A stretch of 64,000 nucleotides of DNA, taken from positions 20,834,001-20,898,000 of the forward strand of contig CM059433.1 of assembly GCA_030390025.1 (NCBI GenBank), written 5' to 3'. A program made the translations under genes and the position numbers. Positions 38,061 through 51,053 of this stretch are shown here, one piece after another. Position 1 is the first letter of the stretch. Every line of letters begins with the position of its first letter. This DNA is from Squalus acanthias. Taxonomy: Eukaryota. The notes under the pieces were generated by a model. That model ran no database searches and had not been told where the DNA came from. It saw only the letters and a program-made list of their open reading frames with translations.

Positions 38061-38204
38061 GTGGGTAATATTGACTTTGTGCGATAGTGTAAAATGGGTG
38101 ACAGTGAATCAGCAGCCTGTTTTACATCTCGCCCAATATTTATTTCCGTTGAGGTCATCGCTATCACCTGTTTTACACTATTGCACAAAGTCAGAATGAC
38201 CCCC
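38061..38204. mobile_element. Small palindromic MITE (Harbinger-like ends)
   Basis: About 45-bp imperfect TIRs (tgactttgtgcgatagtgtaaaa / ttttacactattgcacaaagtca). Confidence 0.75.
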
Positions 38205-38275
38205 AGTCTGTGAGGAATATATGAGCCTCCAGTGGCCACAGATATCAGTGTGGTTTCATCAATACTGAAGACTAA

Positions 38276-39168
38276 GGGGGAAAAATTCAGTTGGTTGTGC
38301 CTCCCGTTAGCGCCTTAAGAGGGCGCTAATGGGGCGCAAAGCATCTAGCGCCCAGGCGCGGCGAAGTTTGCGCCGCTCGCGAAATTAACTAGACATTTTG
38401 CGGCGGCGCTAAACACTACTGCCACGATCTCCTGCGCCGGCAGATCGTGACGTCAGTCGAGTGCGCAATGCCCTGGTATCGCCCCGGAGCGGATATTGAG
38501 TGGCGCCCCCTGCCTTACCGCCTGACGCTAGCAACGACAGGTTGAGGGGAGCGTTCTGCAGTCATGAAGGGAAAGGGGGAGTGCTATTTAAAGGTGATCG
38601 CTTCCTGCCTTTTATTGTTGGTGCCATTTTTGAACTACGCATTCTGAGAGAGAGAGAGAGAGACTTCTGGAGAGATTCAACGTTGTGTGAAGGAGTTTTG
38701 GGTACTGAGCAGCACTTTGCAGGTTCATTTTGATTTGCCATTCCTTGTATCGATTTAGAAGAGACTGTGGGGGCTGCACTCTGAGCTCTTTGCCTGGTAC
38801 TCTCCATTGTTCTTTCCAGCAGATTTGATGTGCAGGTCTCTCCAGGCCGAGATTCAAGGCTGCAATGAGCAGGATGTGGATGGAAAGCAAGATTAACCAT
38901 CCCCTTTAAGAACTGGCCCGTGCCATTGTGTGTGTGTTCCATTGCTGACTGACATTACATGAGCTTCGCCAGCGCTCTGAGGTAGCGCCTCGCTCCTCGG
39001 CCTTTGCGCCTTAAGACAGGTGTGAAGCGCCTGATTTAGCGCTCCAATCACCTCCAGGGGCGATAAAAGTCAAGTTTGCAGTCGGTGGCGATAATTAGCG
39101 CCAGGCGCTAATCTTTGAGCCCGGCCGATAATTGCGCCCCAAATGGGGCGATACTGAATTTCTCGCCC
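38276..39168. mobile_element. CpG-rich PIF/Harbinger MITE
   Basis: TIRs gggggaaaaattcagt / actgaatttctcgccc (14 of 16 match), TSD TAA/TAA; subterminal (t)tagcgcc/ggcgcta motifs. Confidence 0.85.
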
Positions 39169-39289
39169 TAAGAGCCATAAGTAGCACATTTATTCAGTGG
39201 ACTTCTTTGATGTAAAGCCGCAGCAAACTTGGGTCGTGCCCCCTGACGTACTGCCAGAAGTTATGTCCGACAGGGTCAGGGAGGCTTAC

Positions 39290-39760
39290 TTGTGGCCAGG
39301 GCGGCGATATTTAAAGGGGAGGTGCCGGGCAGCCATTTTTTTTGTTGGCCGCCTGCCAACACCTTCCCCCTCTGGCCTCCTGCTGCGGGGTGCCGGCCGT
39401 GATCTGTCAGCCCGGCACTCCTCTTGAATGCCAGGCTTTTTTGCCAGCACCCCACTCCCTGGTGGCCCAGAAGGGCACCAGTTTGCGCTGCGCAAGACCC
39501 CTCCCCTTTAATAAGGGGAGGGAGGTCTACAGAACCGCAGCACTACGTGCCGGCGCGCATGGCGCTGCTGCATGTAGCGCCGCGATATTGAACTGGAGCG
39601 CTCCAAGAGGGAGGGGGAGCACTTCCAGTAGCGCCCCGCCTCCTGCTTGGGGCGCTACCATTCACTTTCGGGCGCGGGGGTGCTAACTTTTTCTGAATGC
39701 TAAAAGTAGCACCCCGGCGAAGTTAGCGCCCGAAAGGGGGCGTGAGCCAATTTTTCCCCC
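39290..39760. mobile_element. Right half of a second related Harbinger MITE
   Basis: Ends ccaatttttccccc followed by TAA; tagcgcc motifs; own left TIR not found. Confidence 0.65.
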
Positions 39761-40699
39761 TAACAATTTTCACCTTGGTAAGCAATGGGATATTAACCTG
39801 TAATAATTACATTTCCTTTCTGGCATTCTCCACCATACTCTTTTCACACATGACAATAATCCTAAATTACATATCTCTCTATAGAAGCTGCATTCATTAG
39901 CATTTTAATCATACATCTCACGATCAAAGGGAATACTTTATCAGTTGAGAACAGTCTCCAGAAGCATTTAAACAATATAAAACCCAAGATAGAAATAGCA
40001 CGGCTGAAGAAAGTAAAATAGAGGGCAAGTTGACTGAGGAAGTTGTGATTAAGTGTTGTCAATGTTGTATTTAGAAGCTTATCGATTGTAGAAGGAAGGG
40101 AAGATTAAGGAATGTAAGGAACTCCATGCCTTTGAGATCCTTGGAAATAATAAGTTAGAGGACGATGGGGGGCGGGGGTGGGCGGGACAGTGCTATGAGT
40201 CTTGATTTTAACACAGTGAGGAGGACCAGGTAAGGAAGAGCAGATGGGATAAGCAAGTGTTGCATGAGAGATTTGTGTTAGGGGTCTCCATGAAGAATGT
40301 GCACATGTGATCATTTGCTTTAAATAGCTTTGACTTGAACTTGGACTTCGATTAAATTGCAGCAGTCAGCTTGGTAACAATCCAAGAAAAAAAGCTCTTG
40401 GCACTGTTTGGGAGAACTTAGAAAACGCAGTGATAGGGGCACACAAAGGATTTGTTTCTAAACCTGCCAACACATTTTTTGGTGTACATTGAGAAATATT
40501 GATGTGATAACAGATTGACAATTGCTGTTCTTGTGCTGAACTATATCAGTTCACTGCAGTCAAAGCTCTTTAATCAGGACACTTCCGTGGAAATGGATTA
40601 GACCCCATTACCCGACAGTCCTGCCCAGCACAAGTCACGGTTGACTGTTTTGTTTCCGTATGACTCTGCAACATACCTAGCCAACTAACATTTCAGTCA

Positions 40700-40858
40700 A
40701 AAGCAAAATACTGCGGATGCTGGAAATCTGAAATAAAAACCGAAAATGCTGGAAACACCCAGCAGCTCAGGCAGCATCTGTGGAGAGAGAAACGGAGTTA
40801 ACATTTCAGGTTAATGTCCTTTTGTTCTGACGAGAGGTCATCGACCTGAAACGTTAAC
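40700..40858. mobile_element. Penelope-like pLTR fragment with inverted arm and hammerhead core
   Basis: 13-bp TSD aacatttcagtca (40687-40699 and 40859-40871); same family as 46464, 56414 and 56980. Confidence 0.8.
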
Positions 40859-40860
40859 AA
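40822..40860 (+). ncRNA. Minimal type I hammerhead ribozyme motif
   Basis: ttgtt-CTGACGA-g-aggtc/atc/gacct-GAAACGTT-aacaa. Confidence 0.7.
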
Positions 40861-41513
40861 CATTTCAGTCAGCTGCTCTACCCAAGTGCGGAGTTCTAGA
40901 AGCAAGAGCACAGACATTGGAAACATTGGGAGAATTTATTCCAAAGATGTTCTATTGGCATACAAACAGCTGAAAATCACCACATTTCATTCAGAGTTAA
41001 TAACGGTGGTCCAGCCTAAGCAAATGAATGGGATTTGGCAGTCTCACTAAAGCAATGGGTTGTACCTTTAGAAATGAGTGAAGAGAAATCCATTAATCAC
41101 AGGTCAATTCTATAAAGTGGATATCCTGCTTATCTGCATCTCATTTAAGTGGCTTCCTCTGTATTGTAATTATATACAAATTTCAGCGACTCCACAAAGT
41201 GGGTAGTACTATGAAGTAAATCCTCTGTATGTATTATTAATACAAATCATCCACGTTCTGAATTGTAATGAATATCAATAAAATTAGAATATTCAAAAAG
41301 GTTTAACCTACACACTGCCAAACAGGTCTCCTTTGGCTCACTGAATTTGTTTGTTTTTAGCTCACACACTAATGCTGCATTAAATGTTAAAATTACAGTA
41401 ACAAGGCTATTCAACCATCAGGAGTAGCTTTATTACTCTGTATTAATTCTATACAACTGCAACAAAATAGCTTAAATAGAAAATAAAACATTTTAGGCGT
41501 GGCATTTCTGCTA

Positions 41514-42168
41514 GGGGAACAATTGGCAAAATGCGCCCAGAATGCGTGCAATCGAGCAGCGTAATTGATCCTCATCGATTGGTGACTGGAACAGGGCATC
41601 CTCCAGCATCACAAAGAGGAGTGGGATTGCCAGGAGCTGAGGCATTCTTCAACTGACTGATTTAGTGCTCTTGGTCTTACTTTCTCATTGGCTTCAATTG
41701 ACTGCTTTGATCTGCCCTTTGGTACGGGAGACTCGTGACCGGCAGTCAATTGAAGCCACACAGGGTGTGTCCTGCTCTGCTGTAACTGACTGAATTTAGA
41801 CCAATTTAAACTGAATTTAAAGCAATTCCAGAAGCTGCAGGAGAAACAGAGCTGGGTCAGGCTTCAGTTGACTGCTGGCCACTGCAGGTACAAGTGATTA
41901 ACGCTGGATCAATGTGACCACAGGTGCCTGTGCCCCCGAGTGTCTGGGCGCAATGTGATGAACAACATCGAACGGGCATAATCGGCAGAAACTGGCCATT
42001 CCAACCTGGGGGCGTGGGGCAGGTTTGTGGTCGGGGTTTGCTTCGGGTGAATGGACTTTTGAACCAGCGTAAACGATCACGGTTACTCCAGCGTAATGTG
42101 ATTATGGGCGCAACTCATTTACATTTAAAGTTCTATGATCTTTAGCGCTCTTTCATTCGATTCTGCCC
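41514..42168. mobile_element. Degenerate Harbinger-type non-autonomous element
   Basis: Ends ggggaacaattgg / cgattctgccc; internal inverted repeat tggcttcaattgactgc / gcagtcaattgaagcca. Confidence 0.45.
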
Positions 42169-42644
42169 AGATTAGGCTGCTATCTGGGAGGAAATCATAC
42201 GGAAACTTCACGCCCAAAGTATGACTCATTTTCTAACTGGTATACTTTATTCTATCCATTGCAATTTTTTTTTTACTTCTACTTTTCCTAGCTTTCAAAT
42301 CTTTTAATTACTTTTTTACTTCTGCCTTCCTGCTGTCCATTTTGATGGTGTAAGTAACTTTGCAAAAATTACCATTCAACTGGCTCCATGACTGCAAAAT
42401 TGACATGGTTGCTTCATCAACATAACCCTGTCAAACTTTACATGTTTTTCACTTACGTCTTGGCCATGTTCCTCTGTTCACTTTGTAACATCATTCAGGT
42501 ACAATGCAATGAGGGAGACATAACATTATTTTAACAATGCAGTTCCAAAAAACAGGTAGGAACATGTCATGTCATACTATAAAATGTAAGTGTGATGTTA
42601 TATTCTTGACTTTCTTTATAAATTATAGTGTCTACCTATCCTGT

Positions 42645-42760
42645 TTATAGGGCTCCTCTGTGACACCTTTGTCTAAATGTTCTAGTTATTGGGGTCCTCT
42701 GTGATACCTTTGTTTACTTGTTCTGGTTATAAAGTTCCTCTGTGACACCTTTGTCTAATT
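42645..42760 (+). repeat. 41-bp tandem repeat (about 3 copies), with one further partial unit at 43869-43893
   Basis: cctctgtgacacctttgt recurs at 42655, 42696 and 42737. Confidence 0.8.
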
Positions 42761-42764
42761 GTGA

Positions 42765-43030
42765 AAATCCCAGGTTCAATCCTTTGTCTGTGCTGAGTTC
42801 ACTGGTCTCAGCCAGTGTGATTGTAGAATTGCTACAATAGGTCTCAATGTTAAAGAGAGAAAAATAAGATGGGGTTCCTATTCCTGGTCATTATCTAGTG
42901 ACCCCCGCTGGAAGTATGTACATGTGGACAAGTTTCGGCTCAGCTGTGATACTGTCCACTGTCAAATTGCTTGCAAACACCCACTATCAAGACATGCACG
43001 TGAATAATGGACAAATGGGCAAAGCAACAG
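42765..43030 (+). mobile_element. Older SINE-like repeat (family 2)
   Basis: caggttcaatcctttgtctgtgctgagtt, similar to 7105-7470. Confidence 0.55.
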
Positions 43031-43169
43031 AGGTCTCTAGTACCTATGGAACCGCACCCCAGCAGAGTAAAGATAAATGATACAAAAAAACACTCGTGCC
43101 TGTTGTGGAGAAAAGGAAAGCATGTCAAAGAGATAGACAACAAAGGATCAAATCTGTCTTTTTTTATTA

Positions 43170-43872
43170 CTTGGAAAATAAGAATCTAAATGGGGTAGAG
43201 GAGCAAAGGGATCTCGGAGTACAAATACACAAACCACTAAAAGTATGGATACAGGTTAACAAAGCCATTAAAAACGCAAACCAAGCACTCGGGTTTATTT
43301 CTAGCGGGATAGAATTGAAAAGTAGGGAAGTTATGCGAAACTTGTATCGAACCTTGGTTAGACCACACTTGGAGTACTGTGTACAATTCTGGTCGCCATA
43401 TTAAATAAAGGATATAGAGGCACTTGAGAGGGTGCAGAGAAGATTTACAAGGATGATACCAGAAATGCGAGGGTATACCTATCAGGAAAGGATGAACAGG
43501 CTGGGTCTCTTTTCTCTTCAAAAGAGAAGGCTGAAGGGTGACATAATAGAGGTCTTTAAAATCTGGGAAAGAGCAAAACTAGAGGCCATCAAGATAAGAT
43601 AGTCACCAAGAAATCAAATAGGGAATTCAGAAGAAACTTCTTTGCCCAGAGAGTGGTGAGAATGTGGAACTCACTACCACAGGGAATGGTTGAAGCGAAT
43701 AGTATAGATGCATTTAAGGGGCGGTTCGATAAGCATGTGAGGAAGAAGGGAATAGAGGGTTATGCTGATAGAGTTAGATGAGGAAAGACGGGAGGAGGCT
43801 TGAGTGGAACATAAACGTCGGCATGGACTGGTTGGGCCGAATGGCCTGTTTCTGTGCTGTATATCCTATGTT
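43170..43872 (+). mobile_element. CR1 3' fragment
   Basis: [31 protein letters not shown]; tail ggcctgtttctgtgctgtatatcctatg. Confidence 0.9.
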
Positions 43873-46463
43873 CTCGTTATAGGGGTCCTCTGCGAAGTCC
43901 TTTCACAGGAATGGATGTGACTGGAGAATACACTGTAAATGGAAGTGGGATCTCTCAAAATCATGAGTGGAAATGGGCCCTACGTTTTTACAGTTTGTTT
44001 ACAAATCAATATCTTGCCATATTTCCTGTTGCAGTCTTTGCTGGGTATTTCCCAGTTGTTTTCCAGAACTGACAGATTACAGGAGGAATCTCTGACTCTA
44101 CATTGTCTCAGCACATCTTGTCCTGTGAAACAAATGAATACCAGGCTCTGCAGACCAGCCTTGTAAATGCAAACTTTTTTTCCTTCTTGAGGGGCCAGTA
44201 CAAGCCACCACCACGAAGGTTGAAAAGGTTACGACAGGAAACACATCTCATCTTTTCTTGACTATCTTCAAAATGAATGAATATCAAATGAACACTTTGA
44301 GACATATCTACTGACCTGTCATATAATACTTACCACCACATGACCCTGTCCCATTGAAATGCAGGTTCAGGGGTTCAAATTTATGAGCACTGTTCTAGTA
44401 GCAAACCAATAGCTGTCAGTATTGTAAAAGCAAGCTGTGGGAGATCGATTTTGCATGCTCACTAACCCCCACTGTGCCTGTGACTGCCAGTTCCAGACAC
44501 ATCACTGACTATTTCTTTTGTCAGACTTTGGAAAGCTTAAGTCCTCCATCTCTCCTTGGAATTTTCTTTACATCGAACCTTAGTTGATCCTTATATGCAG
44601 CAAAGATTCATCAAACCAGTGCTTGCCTCTTTTTCTGACAAGCTGCCATTTTGTTGTACAAGGCAGGTCACAACACTCTTCGCAAATCACAAATTTTTTG
44701 TGTCAGGAAGTATGTACAACTGCCTTGTTTGGGACTTTAGATCCATAATGATGACAGTTTTGAAAACCAAAACAATTATCTTCTATCAATCTCCAAACGC
44801 TTGAGACTTTTGTTGGATAGTTCTACTATTACAAACAATATTCTTGATAAATTGTTTGTCTTCATTTGCCTTGTAAAGTTAAAGCATATAAGGCATGTAC
44901 AAATAACCCTGTAAGTCATCTCCATGTGCAACATATGATCCATATGAAACAATTGTGAATGATCTACATAATCCAGCTAATTGTTGCCCAGTCATAATAA
45001 TATAAGAGATTCTATTATGACTATATAAAACCTTCATTTTTGTGCCCTCCAGCTGGATATCCAGTTACAGTAGTCAGCAGAACCCATAATAATGAGCATA
45101 TCCAACTCTATTAGGATACAGGTAAAGCCTAATATATAGGGTCCGAATAATCAATGTAAGGATTTTTTCCAACGTAAAGGATGGCATAAAAATCTCCATC
45201 AGAATAGCAGCTCAAGAAAAAACTACTGGCTTTGTACAAATGGATGGGTCATCACGCATCACTGTAATTATGTACAGTACGAGTGAGAGTCAGTTAATTT
45301 GAAGGCCATATCACCGGGGGCATTTTGCTTCCAAATAATGTTCAAACCATATTCACAGACTCTAATTCCGACGAGGTGAGTAACTGCTCAGTGTGGATAT
45401 ATTGCAATCAAGTACAAACCGCACTACTGAATTGAACGCAAAATGCACACAAGGTTATTAAAACCAATTGGAATTCCAAACACTTAGAAAAAAAGTCACT
45501 GCATTTCATAAAGCAATGTTAAATTAAACAAAGAAAACAAATCGGGGAATGTGCTCCTATCAAATTGGCATGCATAATAACATAACTTGAACTCTGCAAG
45601 GGATGGGGTCAGGTCACATTTTCCTCGTAAACAGATTGCATAACGGAGAGCTCAATGTTATTTATCTGTAAAATTCTGCTCTGTCCCTTTACTGGCCTGC
45701 AGAGAGTTACAGAGCGCCTTCATAAGCTTACAAATGAATCATATTGAAAGTCATCATTTTGCAAGCTCCAGAAATTCATATATATGAAAGAAACAGAATA
45801 AAAACACGATAGCAATATTTTTACCCCATTTCTTTGCAACAAGCTAGAGATGTGTTGAGGGATCGCTGGCGGCTAAAATGCCAACATTTTTCTTGGTAGC
45901 TGTACTCAATGTGGGTTTTTAAAGTTTGCTGTCAGAATAATAAAATTGTCTTTAATTTTTTTTAAATGCAGGAAGCATTTGTAGTCTGTTTTCTGTTCAC
46001 CGGCAACTGCAGGCCTGGAAGATTAAAGGAAAGGTTGAAATCTTTTCTAAGTAGTGGCAGGAAAAAAAAATCCAGAAGAAGTCAGTTTGTAATTAATAAT
46101 AGAAAGGACTGGATACCTCGGAGTGATAAGAAGCCAGCAATCTGATTGAGATAATATAGGCCACAAAAGGACATAAGTCTGAGATACCATGACAGTTTTG
46201 GAATGATACCCCACATCCATTTTTTAATATTTGCCAGTCTCCTGTGGTGTCACTCGTGGGGAACTGAAGAATACATTGGTTTCATAATGATGGGAGCATT
46301 ATACCATGTAATGTGCATTATACTGTGCAATGTGCAATGTTTTATTATATAGTGGATTTCACGTGGTGTTGCTCACGGTGAGTTAGGTGAGATGAGTTAT
46401 AACGACATGACTGTTTTATGTCTGTCATTGTAAAACTTTCTGTACACAGTAAGCATAAATGGA

Positions 46464-46560
46464 ATAAAAACAGAAAATGCTGGAAATACTCAGCAGCTCA
46501 GGCAGCATCTGTGGAGAGAGAAACAGAGTTAACGTTTCAGGTCTGATGACCTTTCGTCAG
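46464..46560 (-). mobile_element. Penelope-like pLTR fragment with minus-strand hammerhead core
   Basis: 13-bp TSD aagcataaatgga (46451-46463 and 46561-46573); minus strand CTGACGA-a-aggtc/atca/gacct-GAAACGTT-aac. Confidence 0.8.
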
Positions 46561-48032
46561 AAGCATAAATGGATGTCAGTGCAGTTGTGTGACCTAATGA
46601 TACTGAAAAGGTGGGAATGATTTAATGTTTTTCTGGTGATGGATATGGAGGAGGAAAGTAGTTTGCACACACAAAAGAGAAAAATATAACGTTAATGTGT
46701 TGTCCTCTTTCTCTCTCTCTCTCAAGATGATCACAAACTCCCCATCATTCTATCTGTACTCAATAGGTATAAGGGTATGAGGACATTCTCCCTTGAAGTC
46801 CTGTAGAACAAAACTTTGTTACAAACCATGATATTATTTGAGACAGCTGTCAAAAGCTGATTAAAACAGGAAGATCCTCACCATCCAGTGATTGATGCTC
46901 TTAGTTGATTGTGCGCCCACTGCTTGGGAGATGCCGACTCTCCCAGCATATGTATCACCTCTGATGAGCATTTAAGACTGAAGCACGGCTCCACTGTGCA
47001 CTGTTTGATTACCGGCCAGGGATTCCTGTGCCTTGGAAACAGGAGTGGCCTGTGGTATAGACCCTAGTCACAGGGATATTTATAGTCTCTCGCTATCATC
47101 ATGTTTATTGTGGCATGCTTTTCCATAGAGAAGAGGAACGAGCAACACAAAAGAGCCCGAAAGCTGTAGAAGACGGACAAGTCAGTGCATGCTGTGGCTT
47201 TCACTTCAGATATTGAACAGTTGTTAGTGAAGCCGTTGACATTTTAAAGCTGATTACCAGAAGGGACAGAGAAAGCTAGGTACTACAAAATGGTAGTCTT
47301 GAGAGTGGGAGTCCAAGGTGACGTATGCACGGTGGCTCAAAGATATTGGGAGGGAAGGGCCTGCTGTTCAAAGGAAGCTCCTGGAAAGGATCTAAACTTA
47401 AGCCCCAGGCCCTTAAGAAAGAGTAGGCCTTTGGGCAAAATTTATTAGGTTGATTTTCTCAGAGCTTGGGAATTTTCTTTTTCAAATGATTTAAGTCTTT
47501 GTTGTAGGTTGCATTTTATTTGTTTATAGGTAGTAGACTAGCTAAGGAAGCAACATGACCACCCAAAAAATGTGGATACAAAATGAGCAATTGGATTCAT
47601 TCATTTTTAGTAGTTGCTGGCTTGGAAAAAAACCAACCAATTTGATTGGCTTATTTTGTGTGGTTTGATGCATCATCCTTTTATCTCTGGTTTACAGAAA
47701 AGAGGTGCGCTGTTTTCTGCAGAGTGATAATGGTTGTCTCATCTAAATTTCTCCTTCCCCTCTAACATAGTAGGGAAAATGCTAGAATCTATTATTAAGG
47801 ACGTGGTAACAGGGCACTTAGAAAATAATAATAGGATTGGGCAGAGTCAACACGGATTTATGAAAGGGAAATCGTGTTTGACAAATCTGTTAAAGTTTTT
47901 TGAGGTTGTAACTTGCAGAATAGATAAGGGGGAACCAGTGGATGTGGTGTATTTGGATTTTCAGAAGGCATTCGATAAAGTGCCACACAAGTGGTTATTA
48001 CACAAAATTAGGGCTCATGGGATTGGGGGTAA

Positions 48033-48402
48033 TTTTTTTTATTCGTTTATGGGATGTGGGCGTCGCTGGCAAGGCCGGCATTTATTGCCCATCCCTAATT
48101 GCCCTTGAGAAGGTGGTGGTGAGCCGCCTTCTTGAACCGCTGCAGTCCATGTGGTGAAGGTACTCCCACAGTGCTGTTAGATAGGGAGTTCCAGGATTTT
48201 GACCCAGCGACGATGAAGCATCGGTGATATACTTCTAAGTCAGGATGGTGTGTGACTTGGAGGGGAACTTGGAGGTGGTGGTGTTCCCATGCGCCTGCTG
48301 CCCTTGTCCTTCTCGGTGGAAGAGGTCGCGGGTTTGGGAGGTGCTGCCGAAGAAGCCTTGGCGAGTTGCTGCAATGCATCTTGTAGATGGTATACGCTGC
48401 AG
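48033..48402 (-). mobile_element. 3' end of second LINE family, inserted antisense in the CR1
   Basis: Reverse complement of about 59150-59521; poly-T at 48033. Confidence 0.9.
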
Positions 48403-49112
48403 TCATGGATTGAGGGTTGGTTAACGGACAGAAAACAGAGAGTAGGAATAAACGTGTCATTTTCTGGTTGGCAGGCTGCAACTAGTGGGGTACCGCAAAG
48501 ATCAGTGCTTGGGCCTCAGCTATTCACAATCTATATCAATGATTTGGATGAGGGGACCAAATGTAAAAGTTTGCTGATGATACAAAGCTGGTTGGGAATG
48601 TAAGTTGTGAGGAGGATGCAAAGAGGCTTCAAGGGGATATAGATAGGCTAAGTGAGTGGGCAAGAACATGGCAAATGGAATATAATGTGGAGAAGTGTGA
48701 AGTTATCCACTTTGGTAGGAAAAATAGAAAATCAGAGTATTTTTTAAATGGTGATAGATTGGGAAATGTTGGTGTTCAGAGGGACCTGGGTGTCCTTGTA
48801 CACGAATCACTGAAAGTTAACATGCAGGTACAACAAGCAATTAGGAAAGCAAATGGTATGTTGGCCTTTATTACAAGAGGATTTGAGTATAAGAGTAAAG
48901 ATGTCTTACTGCAATTATATAGGACCCTAGTGAAATCACACCTGGAGAATTGTGTACAGTTTTGGTCTCCTTACCTAAGGAAGGATATACTTGCCATAGA
49001 GGGAGTGCAACAACGGTTCACCAGACTGGTTCCTGGGATGGGGGTATTGGCCTATGAGGAGACATTTAATAGACTAGGCCTATATTCTCTAGAGTTTAGA
49101 AGAATGAGAGGT

Positions 49113-49369
49113 GCCCTTCTGTTGCCTGGGCCCTAAGCTCTGGAATTCCCTGCCTAAACCTCTCCGCCTCACTACCTCTCTTTCCTCCTTTAAGACGCTC
49201 CTTAAAACTTACCTCTTTGACCAAGCTTTTGGTCACCTGCTCTAATTTCTCCTTATGTGGCTCAATGTCAAATTTTTTGTCTTGTACAGTAATACTCCTG
49301 TGCAGTGCCTTGGGACGTTTTACTACGTTAAAGGCGCTTTATAAATACAAGTTGTTGTTGTTGTTGTTG
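49113..49369 (+). mobile_element. L2 3' end inserted in the CR1
   Basis: Near-identical to 12668-12912; host rejoins as gagaggtg|atctcattg. Confidence 0.9.
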
Positions 49370-49784
49370 ATCTCATTGAAACATACAAAATTCTTACAGG
49401 GTTTGGCAGGGTAGATGCAGGGAGGATGTATCCCCTGGCTGGGGAGTCCCAGTCACAGAATAAGGGGTCAGCCATTTAGGACTGAGATGAGGAGAAATTT
49501 CTTCACTCAGAGGGTGGTGAATCTTTGGAATTCTCTACCCCAGAGGACTGCAGAGGCTCAGTCGTTGAGTATATTCAAGACAGAGATCGATAGATTTTTG
49601 GATGTTAAGGGAATCAAGGGATATGGGGATAGTGTGGGAAGGTGACATTGAGGTAGAAGATCAGCCATGATCTTATTGAATGGCGGAGCAGGCTTGAGGG
49701 GCCAAATGGCCTGCTCCTGCTCCTATTTCTTATGTTCTTAGGTTCTTATACAGCCTTCTACTGCTGTGCAATAATCTTTTACCT

Positions 49785-50015
49785 GGAAAGAGTTATCAGA
49801 ATGTGGAATGTTTTGCCACAAGTGGTGATCGATGCTAAATCGATTAAAGCATTCAGAGATACTGGATAATTATTTCAAGAAGAGGAATATTAAAGGATAC
49901 AGAAGAAAACAGAGAAATTGTATTAGCTTGGGGATAAAACAGGATAATGCAACTGTGTTAAATTCAAGAAATGCAAGAAGATTTAATGGTCTCCTCCTGC
50001 GCTAAAGGTTTCTAT
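49785..50015 (+). mobile_element. Degenerate CR1 3' end
   Basis: gagttatcagaatgtggaatgttttgccaca (RVIRMWNVLP) .. aatggtctcctcctg..ttctatg. Confidence 0.55.
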
Positions 50016-51053
50016 GGCCCTGATATTTACTGGGGTGGGATTTCCAAGTTTCGTTGGGGGGGTGGGGGGCGGGGGGCGGGGGGGTGGTGCAGGAGTTCTG
50101 GTCAGTCAGAGTTTCCCCGAACGCTGTGGAGTTTTAACTCCATGGCCTGCATGTTTTATTTTTAACAGGTTCCCCGCCCGGAAGCCAGCCTGATTGATAG
50201 GCTTGGCTCCCTGTGCCAGCCGGAAACGCTGTCAGGAGCAGGAGCAGGTAAACAGCTGCTCGGGATAGAGATCACGAGGGGGAGGGGGGGGAGGAGGATA
50301 GGTACGGTGTGGTTTGGAGGGTTGGGTGTGATAATGGGGGTGTCGGAGAGAGATCGGGACAAAGATCGGCGAGCGATCGGGGTGGGGGTGGTTTGGTCGG
50401 AGAGAGATGGGAAAGGGAGCTGTGGGTCGGTGAGAGATTGGAGGGAGAGATGGGAGGGTAGTGTGAGAGTCGGTGATCGCGGTGGGGGGTCGGTGATCGC
50501 GGGGGTGTCAGTGCTCACGGGGGCTTGGGGGGAGATTGTGGAGGTGGTGGGGGGTTTATAGGTTAGTTTGTTGGGCCTGAGGGAAACACTCCTGCTCCTC
50601 CTGGTCCACCAGCAGTGCTATAAAGGGACTTACCTGATGGATCCGGCCCTTCTTACCACCTTTTAAGTGCCAAGTTTCCTGAGGCCCTGGAAATCCGGCC
50701 AACAAGGGTTCAAAATGTAAACCTTCTTAAAATGGAAGCACGCAGCCTCCTTCAAAGTTTCCAACAACCAACCCGCCTCCTGAGAGCGGATTGGTCACCC
50801 GTCCCTCATCCCGCCTCCATTAAAACCGCAAAAAAGGAAAGACTTGCGTTTATATAGCACTTTTCATGACCTCAGGATGTTCAAAAGTGCTTTAAAGCCA
50901 ATGAAGTACTTTTGACATGTAGGCACTGCTGTAATGTAGAAATGATGGATGTCAGTGGGTTCGAGGCAGGTTGCGTTTCTGTTTCAGATTTTTCACATTT
51001 TAACTTTCTACCCGACCCAAACCCACCCGTTTTTGGGGGTTAAAATTACTCCC
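50016..51053. mobile_element. GC-rich Harbinger-type MITE family member, interrupted by a DeuSINE tail at about 50830-50945
   Basis: Ends ggccctgatattta / ttaaaattactccc; homologous to 57649-58275 and, in opposite orientation, 63563-64000. Confidence 0.7.

Larger units (their letters stand above)
47763..49748 (+). mobile_element. 5'-truncated CR1 carrying two nested LINE fragments
   Basis: RT motifs in ORFs 47734, 48289, 48675 and 49415; (TTCTTATG)-type tail. Confidence 0.92.

Noticed and set aside
40090..40400. Possible degenerate minus-strand L2 internal fragment
   Set aside because: The resemblance is too weak to support without an alignment
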